Below, in pieces: positions 1-13,478 of a stretch of DNA of 64,000 nucleotides. The notes under the pieces are model-generated. The model worked only from the letters and a program-made list of their open reading frames with translations, searched no databases and had not been told where the DNA came from. Position numbers and translations under genes: made by a program. The DNA lies in NCBI RefSeq assembly GCF_009914755.1, contig NC_060927.1. One strand, written 5' to 3'. The DNA is from the human T2T-CHM13v2.0 reference genome, Homo sapiens. How positions within the stretch are numbered: the first letter of the stretch is position 1; every line of letters begins with the position of its first letter.

Positions 1-734
1 TTGCAAGGTTGTTTGTAAGCATCAGAGACAATTATATAAAGTGCTCGTCATGTAGTGCTTGACAAAATAAGCACTTCATAAGCAGTGGCTATTGTTCATA
101 GGAATCATTTTCTTTCAAATTGTTAGATCTATTTTGTGATGTATTGTACTATTTAATGTAAGAAATCTAATGTAAGTATAGGGGGAGCTCTATCAGTGGG
201 AGACCTGTTGAACTTAAATAATCTCTGAGATCCCTTGCAACTCAGCCCTTTTTGTAATTTATATTTTCCAATTTGCTACATCTATTAGAGACCCTGATTA
301 TGGTGGTGAAATAGATACTACCAACTTCATACATGTGATCTGTTATCCAAATATATATGTGTTACAAACAACTTTCAAAATAGAACCTGTACATATACAA
401 AAAAGAAAATGCTAGTTTTTACTAAAAACAGTGCTAGAAAGGGACTGGCACTAATAGCAACAGTAACAATAGCAATAATAGCAACAATCATTTTTAAAGC
501 ATCTACTCTATTTTAGGCACTGTATGCCACAATGTGGAAACTTGACGGTATCCTCAAGACACTAGAGAGCATGACCAGGGGATGATGCCAGGGTGGGCAA
601 GACATAGCATGCATTATACCTGTGTAGCTAAAGTGCCCACAAGAGACTGCAAAACTTCTCTAAGCAGCAGGTATGTCATGAAAAATATGTTGTGATTGGA
701 TCAAAGGACCAGAATCTATCTTTTATTAGTCCTG

Positions 735-830
735 GGTGACTTTGGACAAGTCATTATCTTTTTGGGCCTCAGTTTCCTCAACTATAAAAAAAATAGCTGG
801 AATAATCTTTCAAGTCCAGTATTCTATGAC
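735..830 (+). mobile_element. MIR SINE fragment
   Basis: MIR core-like 'gtgactttggacaagtcattatctttttgggcctcagtttcctcaactataaaa'; boundaries approximate. Confidence 0.7.
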
Positions 831-1818
831 CCTGTTGTACTAATTATTTTTATAACTTGCCTGAACCAGCTCAGTTGTTTTAAGTGTATACAATCCTATA
901 GGTATATACACTCTGTTTAATTCTTTTTCTCCTATCTTTCTTTCTTTCTTTCTTCTTCCTTAAAACAACATTATTTTGGCCAAGAATAAGTTGGAATGTC
1001 ACAAATTTGCATAAATAGCTGAATTGACTCACAAATATGTTTTCTAATTAAGTTTTAATTTTTAAAATTTCTTGTAGAATTAACCCCATCAATCTCCTTT
1101 TGATGCTTAAATAGTATTGGAAAAATCAAGCTTTATACTGAGAAGTGGTGCTAGTAACTGCACTAAGTTCCTATTAACCAACGATGTAGTTTTCACAAAT
1201 TTCATAGTGATTAGACCCATAGGAATGAGAGTAAAGTGAGTGTCAGAGATCCAATTACTATACTGTGCAGTTAAAATGTCTAGATGAGATTTTTGAACTC
1301 TCAACTCAATCTTTTTCCTTCTTCTTAAATGACTCCTAAGGAGAATAGCATATTAAGGAAAAATCCAGATATTAGATTGATATAAGAAAGGAAGAAAAAC
1401 AGCACCAGGCAACAGGGGTAAAAATGTCTCTATAAATGTGACAGACATAAAAGAAAGTGAAGGAAAGTTAAAAATTACCATAGGGCAGGCAAGACACCTG
1501 CTAAAGAACCTTCTGCTGCCAGTCACAGCTGGAAAGAAAAATGAAAGAGATGCAAACAACTGTCCTGGAAGCATGAAATCATTCTTTTGTCTTTTTTTTT
1601 CTTATGAACAATTACAGTATGCAGAAATTAGGGGGGGATCTCAAAGTATTGGGATGAAAATTTCAGCGGGTTCTGCATATAAATAGCAGAGGCATGGAAG
1701 TGTGCCTCTTTGAAAACAAGATGTGTTTGGGAGCTCCCCGTGCATTGAAGAAAGTGGTAATTAATGCATAGTGAATGACTTTGAATGAAGGATGAATAGG
1801 GGACATAACAATGGGTAG

Positions 1819-1892
1819 TTTTTTCTTTTCCTTTTTCTTCTCTTCTTTTTTTTTTTCCTTTTTCTTTCTTTTCTTCTTCTTTTTTTTTTTTT
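1819..1892. repeat. Long CT-rich/poly-T pyrimidine tract
   Basis: About 75 nt of only C/T ending in a T run. Confidence 0.85.
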
Positions 1893-3379
1893 AAGGTTAA
1901 AGCATTGAAGAAAGAAAGCTGTTAAAAGATGGCTACTGTGAGGCTACCACTTCAATGTCTGTCTTCTGTGGCTTTCCTCTCGAGGCTGTGGTGGGAGTTT
2001 GTTTTGTATTGCTCTCCAATCACAATGGAGATAATTTGCACCAATTTCATTTTTGTGCGTGCTCCTCAATGTTTTCCTTTTCTGCTGGATTTTTTTTTAA
2101 TATTATTTTGGCAGGGTTTGGTCCTTTGATGATCCTTTTGAGCAAATGGTTTGCCCAAAGTTCAGATGGTGCTAGCTCCGTCTTCTTTTTCATTTACAAC
2201 ATCAAGAGGATTACAGAGAATAACTTTGTTGCCCAACATCAATGATATATCTTCAGGCTACTAGAAAGGTAGTTCTCAGAAAGTGTGTCTTCTAATAGTT
2301 TAGAACCTCCACAGGCTTCAGATAAAACAAGTATTAAATACAGAAAGCTCACAAGGATACCAAGGAAGGTTAAACTCACGCAACCTCCTTCATCTCAAAC
2401 ACCTGAAATATATCTTTTTTTTTTTTTTTTGACTGTCGAAGTGTGATCATGGTGAAGACAGCAGTAAGATCTTATATAACAGAAGACAGAAAAAGACAGA
2501 GAAGGAGTCACGTGGAGATGCACACACATATTGGTGAGAGAATATAAAAACAATCTTGTCCAAAGGCAAGTAAATTATAATGGGCCAAAAACTAAATATA
2601 TGTAAGTTGAAAAAAAGATACCATAGACAAAGTGCTAACAGTGCAATTTTTTTTTTCTCTCAGTTAAGCCAACTAACACAACCCCAAATTTGGTCTTAAG
2701 GAAATTTTAGGAATTCTCATAATTTTAACAATTGTGAATGTGCAGAGGAATTCCCACATAACACAGGCAACTCGTATATCTTTGGCCTCCAGTTACCACT
2801 TCAACTGTGGATGGACATTCAAATGTGGATGACCCACTAGCTCCTTCTAAACCTGTCATTTCCTCTGCCCCTTTCCCTTGAACTAGCTTCTCTGATCTAG
2901 TCACAAATTCTGTGAACAGTTCTAAGAGTCCATTGGAGGAACTGGTATCATATCTGTGGTAACTAAATATTGCATCAATGTCATGCCATTGTGTTCTTTT
3001 TAACAGAGTCTGTTTTAATAGAGTCTATTTTATTGACTGCATAACTAAATATGATTTTGACTTTACACCTTTATGTGGCTTCTCATACAAATAAATTCAA
3101 ACCCAGAGCAATTTACTGGGGGGAGCACAGAAGCATTCTCAGATGGCTTAAAAATTGCTACTAAATGTTACTAAAATGTTACTAAAAGCCTCTGTCTAAA
3201 GATTTTTTTTTTCTGATTTGTCATATTGCCTAAAATTCCACAATGGAAGATAAATTCCTTTTTGTTTTTGGTCCTCAAAGTCCCTATGTTAAAGCAACAA
3301 TCTCTGAGTTGGGACTTTGTATCATCTGGAGATACAGAAGTTTCTGGGAGAGAGAAAGATGTTGGAAAACAAGGTGCAA

Positions 3380-3880
3380 AGGGGCCAAAGAAATTCTGGA
3401 ACCTCACTTGGCACCTATTCCCCATTTCATCCTTCCTCTGCAGTCCCACTGTTGCTTCCTTAAAACAACAAGTTATCATCCCTATCATCAACATTTTCAT
3501 GTCTCTAAACAGGGTCTTGGAATCCTTTATCAGCCTACTCCAGTTTACCCTCATGCTGCTGCAAAACTAATCTTCGCATAGCTTGGTTTAGGTCACTACC
3601 CTACTTAAAAACCTTTTGGGCTGTCTTTTGCTTTCCAAAGACATGCATTCATCCAGCTGGGCATTTGAGGACCTTTGTGATCTGACTGTAATCTGTCGTT
3701 CTGGCCTCAGCTCATGCTTCTTCCACTCAACGCTCTCTGTACTTCAACCACAGTATGGTATTTGATTTTCTAGCATGATCATGTCTACTCACCTTCATGC
3801 CATTGTTCATGCTATTCTCATCAAGTGCCTTCTTCCCTCTCCTAACCTCCTAACCACCCAATAAGTGCATGACAAATATC
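3380..3880. mobile_element. L2 LINE fragment
   Basis: Degenerate L2-like pyrimidine-rich text ('ctacttaaaaaccttttggg', 'ccattgttcatgctattctc'); boundaries approximate. Confidence 0.5.
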
Positions 3881-4444
3881 TTCTAATTTAAACATTGTTT
3901 AAAATGATGTTACCCTGCTTTGATGAGGTATAGGGAAGTGTGCAATTTCTTGTCCTGTGCAGGGAATGGAGATTGTTAGAGACCTTCCAGGGCAGAGCTT
4001 GATCGTTTCTATCAAATGCCTGATAATTGTACCCACTGTGTAATGCAATTACACATCTAGAATATTTTTCCTAAAGATATGGAAATAAATATTTGGCAAG
4101 AAGGATATTCATCATAGCATTGTATACAGTAGCAAAAATTTTGCAACAACCTTCATGCTCCTGAATGAAAACTTAGTTTAATAAGTAATACAACCAGAAA
4201 TGGGATAATCTTTAGCCATTACAAGTAGTTTTACAAACTGATGTTTAATAGTACAATATTCATGATAAATTATTGAGTAACAGAAAAGATATCAAAATAC
4301 TATCGATAATAGGATAATTCAGTATATCTATCTATCTATGAAGAAACCTGGAAAGAAATGACCAAAGTGTTCATAGAGCTTATCTCTGCGATTATGGGTG
4401 ATAGTTTTTTATTTTATTTTTTCCTATTTGTAAAAGTGAATATG

Positions 4445-4952
4445 GCTATCCAGTCATGAAAAGACATGGAGGAACCTTCACTGAATATTGCTAAGTGAAA
4501 GAAGTCAGTCGGAAAAGGCTATGTACTGTGAGATTCCAACTATATAACATTCTGGAAAAAGCAAAACTATGAAGAAAGTAAAAAGATCAGTGGTTGCCAG
4601 AAGTCCAGGGAAAGAGATGGAGGGATGAATAGTGGAGCAACAGAAGTTTCAGGGCATTGAAGCTGTTCTGTATTATACTGTAATGATGGGCACATGACAC
4701 TGTGCATTTGTCAAAACTCATAAAACCGTACAACACAGAGAAACTCTAATATAGACTATGGGCTTTAATTAATAACAATGTATCAAGATTGATTCATCAA
4801 TTGTAACAAATGTCTTACACTAATGTGAGCCGTTATTAATAGGGAAACTCTATGGGGACGAGGGGGAGGCAAGAGCTGTATACGAACTTTCTACTATCTG
4901 CTCAATTTTCTGTAAACCTAAAACTACTCTAAAAAATAAAGTCTATTAATTT
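4445..4952 (+). mobile_element. Old L1 (L1MC-like) 3' end
   Basis: 'aaagacatggaggaaccttc..gctaagtgaaagaag..ttccaactatataacattctggaaaaagcaaaactatg..aaaaaataaagtctatt' resembles L1MC 3' UTR. Confidence 0.75.
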
Positions 4953-5805
4953 ATCAAAGATGAACATGGTATTCTCTTACACTAAGAAGAACAGTATTCT
5001 CAAAATAATTTCAGACATTCCTTCAGAGCTCAATTTAAGTGTGTACTTTTTCATTAAGTTTTCCTCATTTTTCAAAGCATATGCTCTCTCTGTAGCTGAT
5101 GGAATGTAGCACCTGCACCTATAGCCCACACACAGCCCGCCACTCAGTGTTCGGAATGTCACTCCTCCTGAGGGCAGGAACTGTGCCAGATCCTTGTCCC
5201 CTTAAGCCCAGAACAATGCCTGTCATAGTGAAGACCAACAGGAAACACTCAGGCAAAGGTGCAGACAGACATATGAACACATGAAAAAGGCAGAAATTTT
5301 AAAAAGTATATATAACAAACTATATATGCAATGAATGTTATAATAAGTTGACTTCTTAAGTTTTGGAAATATTAATTCAGCCTTGAAAAGAGCTATTAAT
5401 ACTAATCTATTTGTGTAAGACTGATAATAATTTAGGCCATTTGAGGGAAAAAAAATAGTATCCATGTCGTTGATCTTCTCTTCTATATCTTTATTAGGTG
5501 ATATCAGTTGAAAATGTCAGCATTTTAGAGCATGGATAACCAGCGATATCTCACCAAATACATGGTTCTTTTTTTATTAGCACTATCTTGCTGTAGCTGC
5601 CATGAACAGTTTTTTTTTCTTTTTCCGTGAGATATACAGTTTAATGCTTTCAACATGCATAAAGTAATAAAAAATTTAACCTTTTAGAATTATTTGAAAA
5701 GTTACAGTTAAAGAGATTAAAAAGTCTCATCTTTATTCTTCTCTTACTTTTTGGATTCCAGTGGCATTGTATAAATACTCCTTGACCCATCCATATCACT
5801 TCTAG

Positions 5806-6151
<346 letters not shown>

Positions 6152-7189
6152 AGAATCTGAGTTTTATAGAAGGGAGTAGCAGTGAGAAATACAATGCAAG
6201 AAATAACTTCCTGTTGTGCTTTTTAAAAAAGAATATATAATATATACCAGGGTCCTTAATGTATTTCATTTCAACAAGAAATGACATATTATTGAATGCC
6301 TTATTTCTTTGGTTCCTTCTATCACAATTAATTGATATACTCTTAAACACAAGGTATATAGCGTTAGCTGTAAAGACGGTCCAGTATTTTGGAGTCTTTT
6401 CATTATTTTGCTTCTAGTATCACTTTAAGTCTCTGGTGTCTTACCTCTACAGAGACCTGGCATTTCTTTGTGTTGGAGAGGCAATTTAATCCATTTTTAC
6501 TGTCTGCAAACAGACTTTCAAACAAAATCTCAAACTCTTTGAATGTGCCCCAAGGATTCCACCAAACTATAATCCTCTACTCTCTTCTGGGGCTGTGAAG
6601 GGTGGTGACAGGAATAGAGCTGGCACCAACTAGGAAGCCTCATTAGTGTTTGTGATTTTGATTTTTTTGTTACCATTCTGCTCTGTGGCCTTTTAAAAGC
6701 TGGAGCAATAAGTACCCTCACATCTCACTGCACCCCTCCCTGTAGCTCCACCAAATCCAAACCACTTGGAATGATCTGGAGAAGCCTCTCCAGACTGTGG
6801 AGGAAGCCCACCAGGTGTGCTTTTTCTCATGGAGTTGGGTTGGGGGGTGCCAATTTTAAATAGCTAAGTGTTCAGCATCTGGTTGTTGACAACTTGAGTG
6901 GGCAGCAGTAAGCCATCCTTGTCAGGGGAATATCATTCAGAGTTCTAGATGGCTGTGACTACTTCCGGACATGGAGAGGTGAGACACGTGTGCCATGCCA
7001 AAGAAGCAAAGGTTGGCTAAAGATAACCTAGAAAGGAGAGATCAAAGAAAAAAATAATCCTGACATTTTTTTTTCTCTGCGGAAAGTTTACTTAATGATT
7101 GGGAAGACAGTGCATTCTAAAGTCAGTCTCTTGAAAAGAATGAGATGGGTGGAGTGGATGAAACCACAGGTAAACAACATGTGACAAGT

Positions 7190-7350
7190 GACTGCCATGT
7201 GCCAGGCAAGTGATCTCATTTAAGCATTACAACCATCCAGGCATTATTATTTTCATTTTACAGATGAAGGAACTGAGGTTCAGAAAGATTAAGTAGCTTC
7301 AACAGCCTTTGTTCCAATCAAGCTTGTCTGAGTCCAAAATGCCTGGTCTT
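7190..7350 (-). mobile_element. MIR fragment
   Basis: 'cattttacagatgaaggaactgaggttcagaaagattaagtagctt' reverse MIR core. Confidence 0.75.
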
Positions 7351-8599
7351 AGCTGTGGCACAGGCTGACTTTGAGGAAGAGCTTGCAAAGACTTACTGTG
7401 GTAAGCTCTAAGCTCTAAGATACCTCCCACCTCTCCAAATATCTTGTAACCCACCCCTTCTCTGTTGAATTTATGATTAACTATTAGTTTTAAATGTAGG
7501 TAAAATTTTAACATTATCCAAAATGTATATATTTATGGGTACAACTTAATCCCTTGAGTTTGTGGGAAAAGTCTTAGTAATACATATATGAATTTATGCA
7601 TTAAGAGATGTATCTTGGGACAAACTTGTCTCCACTTATGAAGAAAAGTATAACAAAAGCATTGCTCAAATAAATCTTTACAGCCCAACTAAATCTTCTA
7701 GTAGATGCATAAAACTCTCATTTGTTAATGCTTAAGCTTAGTTGGCTAAGACTGACCTTTTTATCATAGCCACCTCTAGCACAAGCATGTTACCCAAAAA
7801 ATCAGGACAGCAGAAGTCACCAAAAAGGAAGAGGATCTTAATATATGGAAAGAGCAGAGCAGAGATTTCACATCAGCCTGTCTTGGTGTGAATCCTGCTG
7901 AGTACATAACCAGTAATTTATCTCTCTGAGCTTCACTCAGGTGTATGCATGTGAGAATACAATGACACCGCCTACCTGCACTTTTTATTTATTTTTTTGT
8001 TTATCAGTGGAGGGGCCATTTTGGTGAGTCTATGGACTGGTGCAAATACATGATTTTCACAATCAAGAATTGGACACTTAGAAGTTTTAGCAGATATGAT
8101 AATGTTGGTTTGAATTACCCTTCACTTTTTATGTGTCAACTTCTGTATCTGTAAAATAGGAGATAAATATGTTATAGTGATACTGTAAGTGTTAAAAGAC
8201 AAAAGTATAGAAAAATGCTTCACTATCATTCATGATTCAAATCAGAGGAACTCATCTGTGCATCCTTAATCATTCAGGTGGGTAGAAGTACTAATGCCGG
8301 ATTCTAATCCTTTGAAAAGAATGACACTGGATCTATGTAAACAGTAGCACGACCACGAAATAGGCTGTCTAGTTAGTCATAAGCCCAAGCAGTTTAGGTA
8401 GATATTTATAAAGAGCTCATATTAGCCTATTTCAATTACTTTCCTCAAATTTTAAGCTCTTTTACATCAGCCCCTTTCAGGAGTTTATGGGAAATTTTCA
8501 CCTACATTATAGGTGTACATATAGGATGTTTTAGGGGAGATATATGCTATTGTAGTTTTTCAGGACCCTATGTCTCATATATAGAAATAATAACCCTAA

Positions 8600-8820
8600 C
8601 ATTCAATGAGTGCTTACTATATGCCAAGCATTATCTTAACCACTTGATGTGGACTGTCTCAATTAATCCTCAGCACCATTTTCCAGATGGGCAGCTGAGA
8701 CACAGGGGACTAAGGAACATGTTTAGCTTTGCTGTCTAAAGCCATAGGATGACAAAGTCGTGGAGCTGAAGTGTGAACCAACAAACTGTAAACCTAAGCC
8801 TTCATTTTTAGCCACTGCTC
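8600..8820 (-). mobile_element. MIR fragment
   Basis: 'gagtgcttactatatgccaagca..ccattttccagatgggcagctgagacacagggg'. Confidence 0.65.
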
Positions 8821-9177
8821 TGTATAGCCTCCCAGGAAACTTCAGTAAATAAAAGTTAAATAAATAAATTAATAGATACAGTTGTTTGTATCTGGGAAAA
8901 GAAACCTTCTTTTTTTTAAACTCCTCTTTCTTTTCTTCTTAAAAACTGTAAAAAAAATTATTTATTTATTTATTTATAATACTTTAAGTTCTGGGATACA
9001 TGTGCAGAACATGCAGGTTTGTAACATAGGTATGCATGTGCCTTGGTGGTTTGCTGCATCCATCAACCCGTCATCTACATTAGGTATTTCTCCTAATGCT
9101 CTCCCTCCCCCACCTCTACCCCTGACAGGCCCCAGTGTGTGATGTTCCCCTCCCTGTGTTCATGTGTTCTCCTTGTT

Positions 9178-12100
9178 CGACTCCCACTTATGAGTGAGAA
9201 CATGTGGTGTTTGGTTTTCTGTCCCTGTGTTAGTTTGCTGAGAATGAAGGTTTCCAGCTTCATCCATGTCCCTGTAAAGGACATGGACTCATCCTTTTTT
9301 ATGGCTGCATAGTATTCTGTGGTATATATACGTGCCACATTTTCTTTATGCAATCTGTCATTGATGGGTATTTGGGTTGGTTCCAAGTCTTTGCTATTGT
9401 GAATAGTGCTGCAACAAACATATGTGTGCATGTGTCTTTATAGTAGAATGATTTATAATCCTTTGGGTATATACTCAGTAATGAGATTATTGCTGGGTCA
9501 AATGATATTTCTGGTTCTAGATCCTTGAGGAATCACCACACTGTCTTCCATAATGGTTGAACTAATTTACACTCCCACCAACAGTGTAAAAGCATTCCTA
9601 TTTGTCCATATCCTCTCCAGCATCTGTTGTTTCCTGACTTTTTAATGATCACCATTCTAACTGGCCTGAGATGGTATCTCACTGTGGTTTTGATTTGCAT
9701 TTCTCTAATGACCAGCATTGATGAGCTTTTTTTCATATGTTTGTTGGCCACATAAATATCTTCTTTTGAGAAGTGTCTGTTCATATCCCTTGCCCACTTT
9801 TTGATGGGGCCGTTTTTTTTTTCTTGTAAATTTGTTTAACTTCCTTGTAGGTTCTGGATATTAGCCCTTTATTAGATGGATAGATTGCAAAAATTTTCTT
9901 CCATTCTGTAGGTTGGCTGTTCACTCTGATGATAGTTTCTTTTGCTGTGCAAAAGCTCTTTAATTTAATTAGATCCCATTTGTCAATTTTGGATTTCGTT
10001 GTCGTTGCTTTTGGTGTTTTAATCACGAAGGCTTTGCCCATGCCTGTGTCCTGAATGGTATTGCCTAGGTTTTCTTCTAGGGTTTTTATGGTTTTAGGTC
10101 TTATGTTTAAGTCATTAATCCATCTGAAGTTAATTTTTGTATAAGGTGTAAGGAAGGGATCCAGTTTCAGTTTTCTGCATATGGCTAGCCAGTTTTCCCA
10201 ACACCATTTATTAAATAGGGAATCCTTTCTTCTTCCTGGTTGAGTCTTGGGAGGGTGTATGTGTCCAGGAATTTATCCATTTCTTCTAAATTTTCTAGTT
10301 TATTTGCATAGAGGTGTTTATAGTATTCTCTGATGGTAGTATGTATTTCTGTGGGATCAGTGGTAACATCCCCTTTATCATTTTTCATTGTGTCTATTTG
10401 ATTCTTCTCTCTTTTCTTCTTTATTAGCCTGGCTAGCAGTCTACCTATTTTGTTAATATTTTCACAAAACCAGCTCCTGGATTCATTCATTTTCTGTTCA
10501 TTTTGCATTTGCATTGCTTTTGTCAGATTTGTCGAAGATCAGATGGTTGTAGATGTGCAGCATTATTTCTGAGGCCTCTGTTCTGTTCCATTGGTCTATA
10601 TATCTGTTTTGGTACCAGTACCATGCTGTTTTGGTTACTGTAGCCTTGCAGTATAGTTTGAAGTCAGGTAGTGTGATGCCTCCAGCTTTGTTCTTCTTGC
10701 CCAGGATTGTCTAGGCTATACAGGCTCTTTTTTGATTCCAAATGAAATTTAAAGTAGTTTTTTTCTAATTCTGTGAAGAAAGTCAATGGTAGCTTGATGG
10801 GAATAGCATTGAATCTATAAATTACTTTGGGCAGTATGGCCATTTTCACGATATTGATTCTTCCTATCCAAGAGCATGGAATGCTTTTTCATTTGTTTGT
10901 GTCCTCTCCTATTTCCTTAAGCGGTGGTTTGTAGTTCTCTTTGAAGAGGTCCTTCACATCCCTTGTAAGTTATATTCCTTGGTATTTTATTCTCTTTGTA
11001 GCAATTGTGAATTGGAGTTCACTCATGATTTGCTCTCTGCTTGTCTATTATTGGTGTATAGGAATGCTTGTGATTTTTACACATTGATTTTGTATCCTGA
11101 GACTTTGCTGAAGTTGCTTATCAGCTAAAGGAGATTCTGGGCTGAGACGATGGGGCTTTCTAAATATACAATTATGTCATCTGCAAACAGAAACAATTTG
11201 ACTTCCTGTTTTCCTATTTGAATATCGTTTATTTCTTTCTCTTGCCTGATTGTCCTGGCCAGAACTTCCAATACTGTGTTGAATAGGAGTGGTGAGAAAG
11301 GGCATCCTTGTTTTGTGCTGGTTTTCAAAGGGAATTCTTCCAGCTTTTGCCCATTCAGTATGATATTGGCTGTGGGTTTGTCATAAATAGCTCATTATTT
11401 TGAGATACATTCCATCAATACCTAGTTTATAGAGAGTTTTAAGCATGAAGGAGTGTTGAATTATGTCAAAGGCGTTTTCTTCATCTATTGAGATAATCAT
11501 GTGGTTTTTGTCATTGGTTTTGTTATGTGATGGATTACGTTTATTGATTTGCGTATGTTGAACCAGCCTTGCATCCCAGGGATGAAGCTGACTTGATCGT
11601 GCTGGATAAGCTTTTTGATGTGCTGCTGGATTTGGTTTGCCAGTATTTTATTGAGGATTTTCGCATCGTTGTTCATCAGGGATATTGGCCTGAAGTTTTC
11701 TTTTGTTGTTGTGTCTCTGCCAGGTTTTGTTATGAGGATGATGCTGGCCTCATAAAATGAGTTAGGGAGGAGTCCCTCTCTTTCTACTGTTTGGAATAGT
11801 TTCAGACAGGGATATTGGCCTGAAGTTTTCTTTTGTTGTTGTGTCTCTGCCAGGTTTTGTTATGAGGATGATGCTGGCCTCATAAAATGAGTTAGGGAGG
11901 AGTCCCTCTCTTTCTACTGTTTGGAATAGTTTCAGAAGGAATGGTACCAGCTTCTCTTTGTACCTCTGGTAGAATTCAGCTGTGAATTTGTCTGGTCCTG
12001 GGCTTTTTTTGATTGGTAGGCTATTAATTGCTGCCTCAATTTCAGAACTTGTTATGGTCTATTGAGGGATTCAACTTCTTCCTGGTTTAGTCTTGGGAGG

Positions 12101-13415
12101 GTGTATGTGTCCAGGAATTTATCCATTTCTTCTAGATTTTCTAGTTTGTTTGCAGAGAGGTATTTATTCTCTGATAGTAGTTTGTATTTCTGTGGGATAG
12201 TGGTGATATCCCCTTTATCATTTTTTATTTTGTCTATTTGATTTTTCTCTCTTTTCTTCTTTATTAGTCTTGCTAGCAGTCTATCAATTCTGTTGATCTT
12301 TTAAAAAAACCAGCTCCTGGATTCACTGATTTTTTTGAAGGGTTTTTTTTGTCTCTATCTCTTTCAGTTCTTCTCTGATCTTATTATTTCTTGTCTTCTG
12401 CTAGCTTTTGAATTTGTTTGCTCTTGCTTCTCTAGTTCTTTTAATTATGATGTTAGGGTGTCAATTTTAGATCTTTCCTGCTTTCTCTTGTGGGCATTTA
12501 GTGTTATATATTTCCTTCTAAACACTGCTTTAGTTGTGTCCCAGAGATTCTGGTACATTGTGTCTTTGTTCTCATTGGTTTCAAAGAACTTCTTTATTTC
12601 TGCCTTAATTTCGTTATTTACCCAGTAGGCATTCAGGAGCAGGTTGTTCAGATTCCATGTAGGTGTGCAGTTTTGAGTGAGTTTCTTAATCCTGAGTTCT
12701 AATTTGATTGCACTGTGGTCTGAGAGACTGTTTGTTATGATTTCAGTCCTTTTGCATTTGCTGAGGAGTGTTTTACTTCCAATTATGTGGCCAATTTTAG
12801 AATAACTGTGATGTAGTGCTGAGAAGAATGTATATTCTGTTGATTTGGGGTGGAGAGTTCCGTAGATGTCTATTAGGTCTGCTTGGTCCGGAGCTGAGTT
12901 CAAGTCCTGAATATCCTTGTTAATTTTCTGTCTCGTTGAGCTGTCTAATATTAACAGTGGGGTGTTAAAGTCTCCCACTATTACTGTGTGGTAGTCTAAG
13001 TCTCTTTGTAGTTCTCTAAGAACTTGCTTTATGAATCTGGGTGCTCCTATATTGGGTGCATATATATTTAGGAGAGTTAGCTCTTCTTGTTCCATTGATC
13101 CCTTTACCATTATGTAATGCGCTTCTTTGTCTTTTTTGATCTTTGTTGCTTTAAAGTCTCTTATATCAGAGATTAGGATTGCAACTCCTGTTTTTGTTTT
13201 TGTTTTTTTTTCTTTCCATTTGCTTGGTGAATATTCCTCCATCCCTTTAATTTGAACCTATGTGTGTCTTTGTATGTGAGATAGGTCTCCTGAATACAGC
13301 ACACTGATGGGTCTTGACTTTTTATCCAACTTGCCAGTCTGTATCTTTTAATTGGGGTATTTAACCTGTTTACATTTAAGGTTAATATTGTTAAGTGTGA
13401 ATTTGATTCTGTCAT
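9178..13415 (-). pseudogene. L1 ORF2p (endonuclease/reverse transcriptase), fragmented by frameshifts and stops
   Basis: ORF pieces MTESNSHLTILTLNVN (EN start), [35 protein letters not shown] (RT motif), [13 protein letters not shown] (C-terminal). Confidence 0.95.
11677..11936. repeat. Perfect 2 x 130-bp tandem duplication inside L1 ORF2
   Basis: 11677-11806 identical to 11807-11936 (cagggatattggcc...gtttcaga). Confidence 0.97.
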
Positions 13416-13478
13416 TACGATGCTAGCTGATTATTTTGCCCATTAGTTGATGCAGTTTCTTTATAGTGTCGAAGGTCT

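Noticed and set aside
2115-2268. Possible + strand exon (ttttggcag|...aaag|gtagtt)
   Set aside because: The donor is weak and all three frames contain stops.
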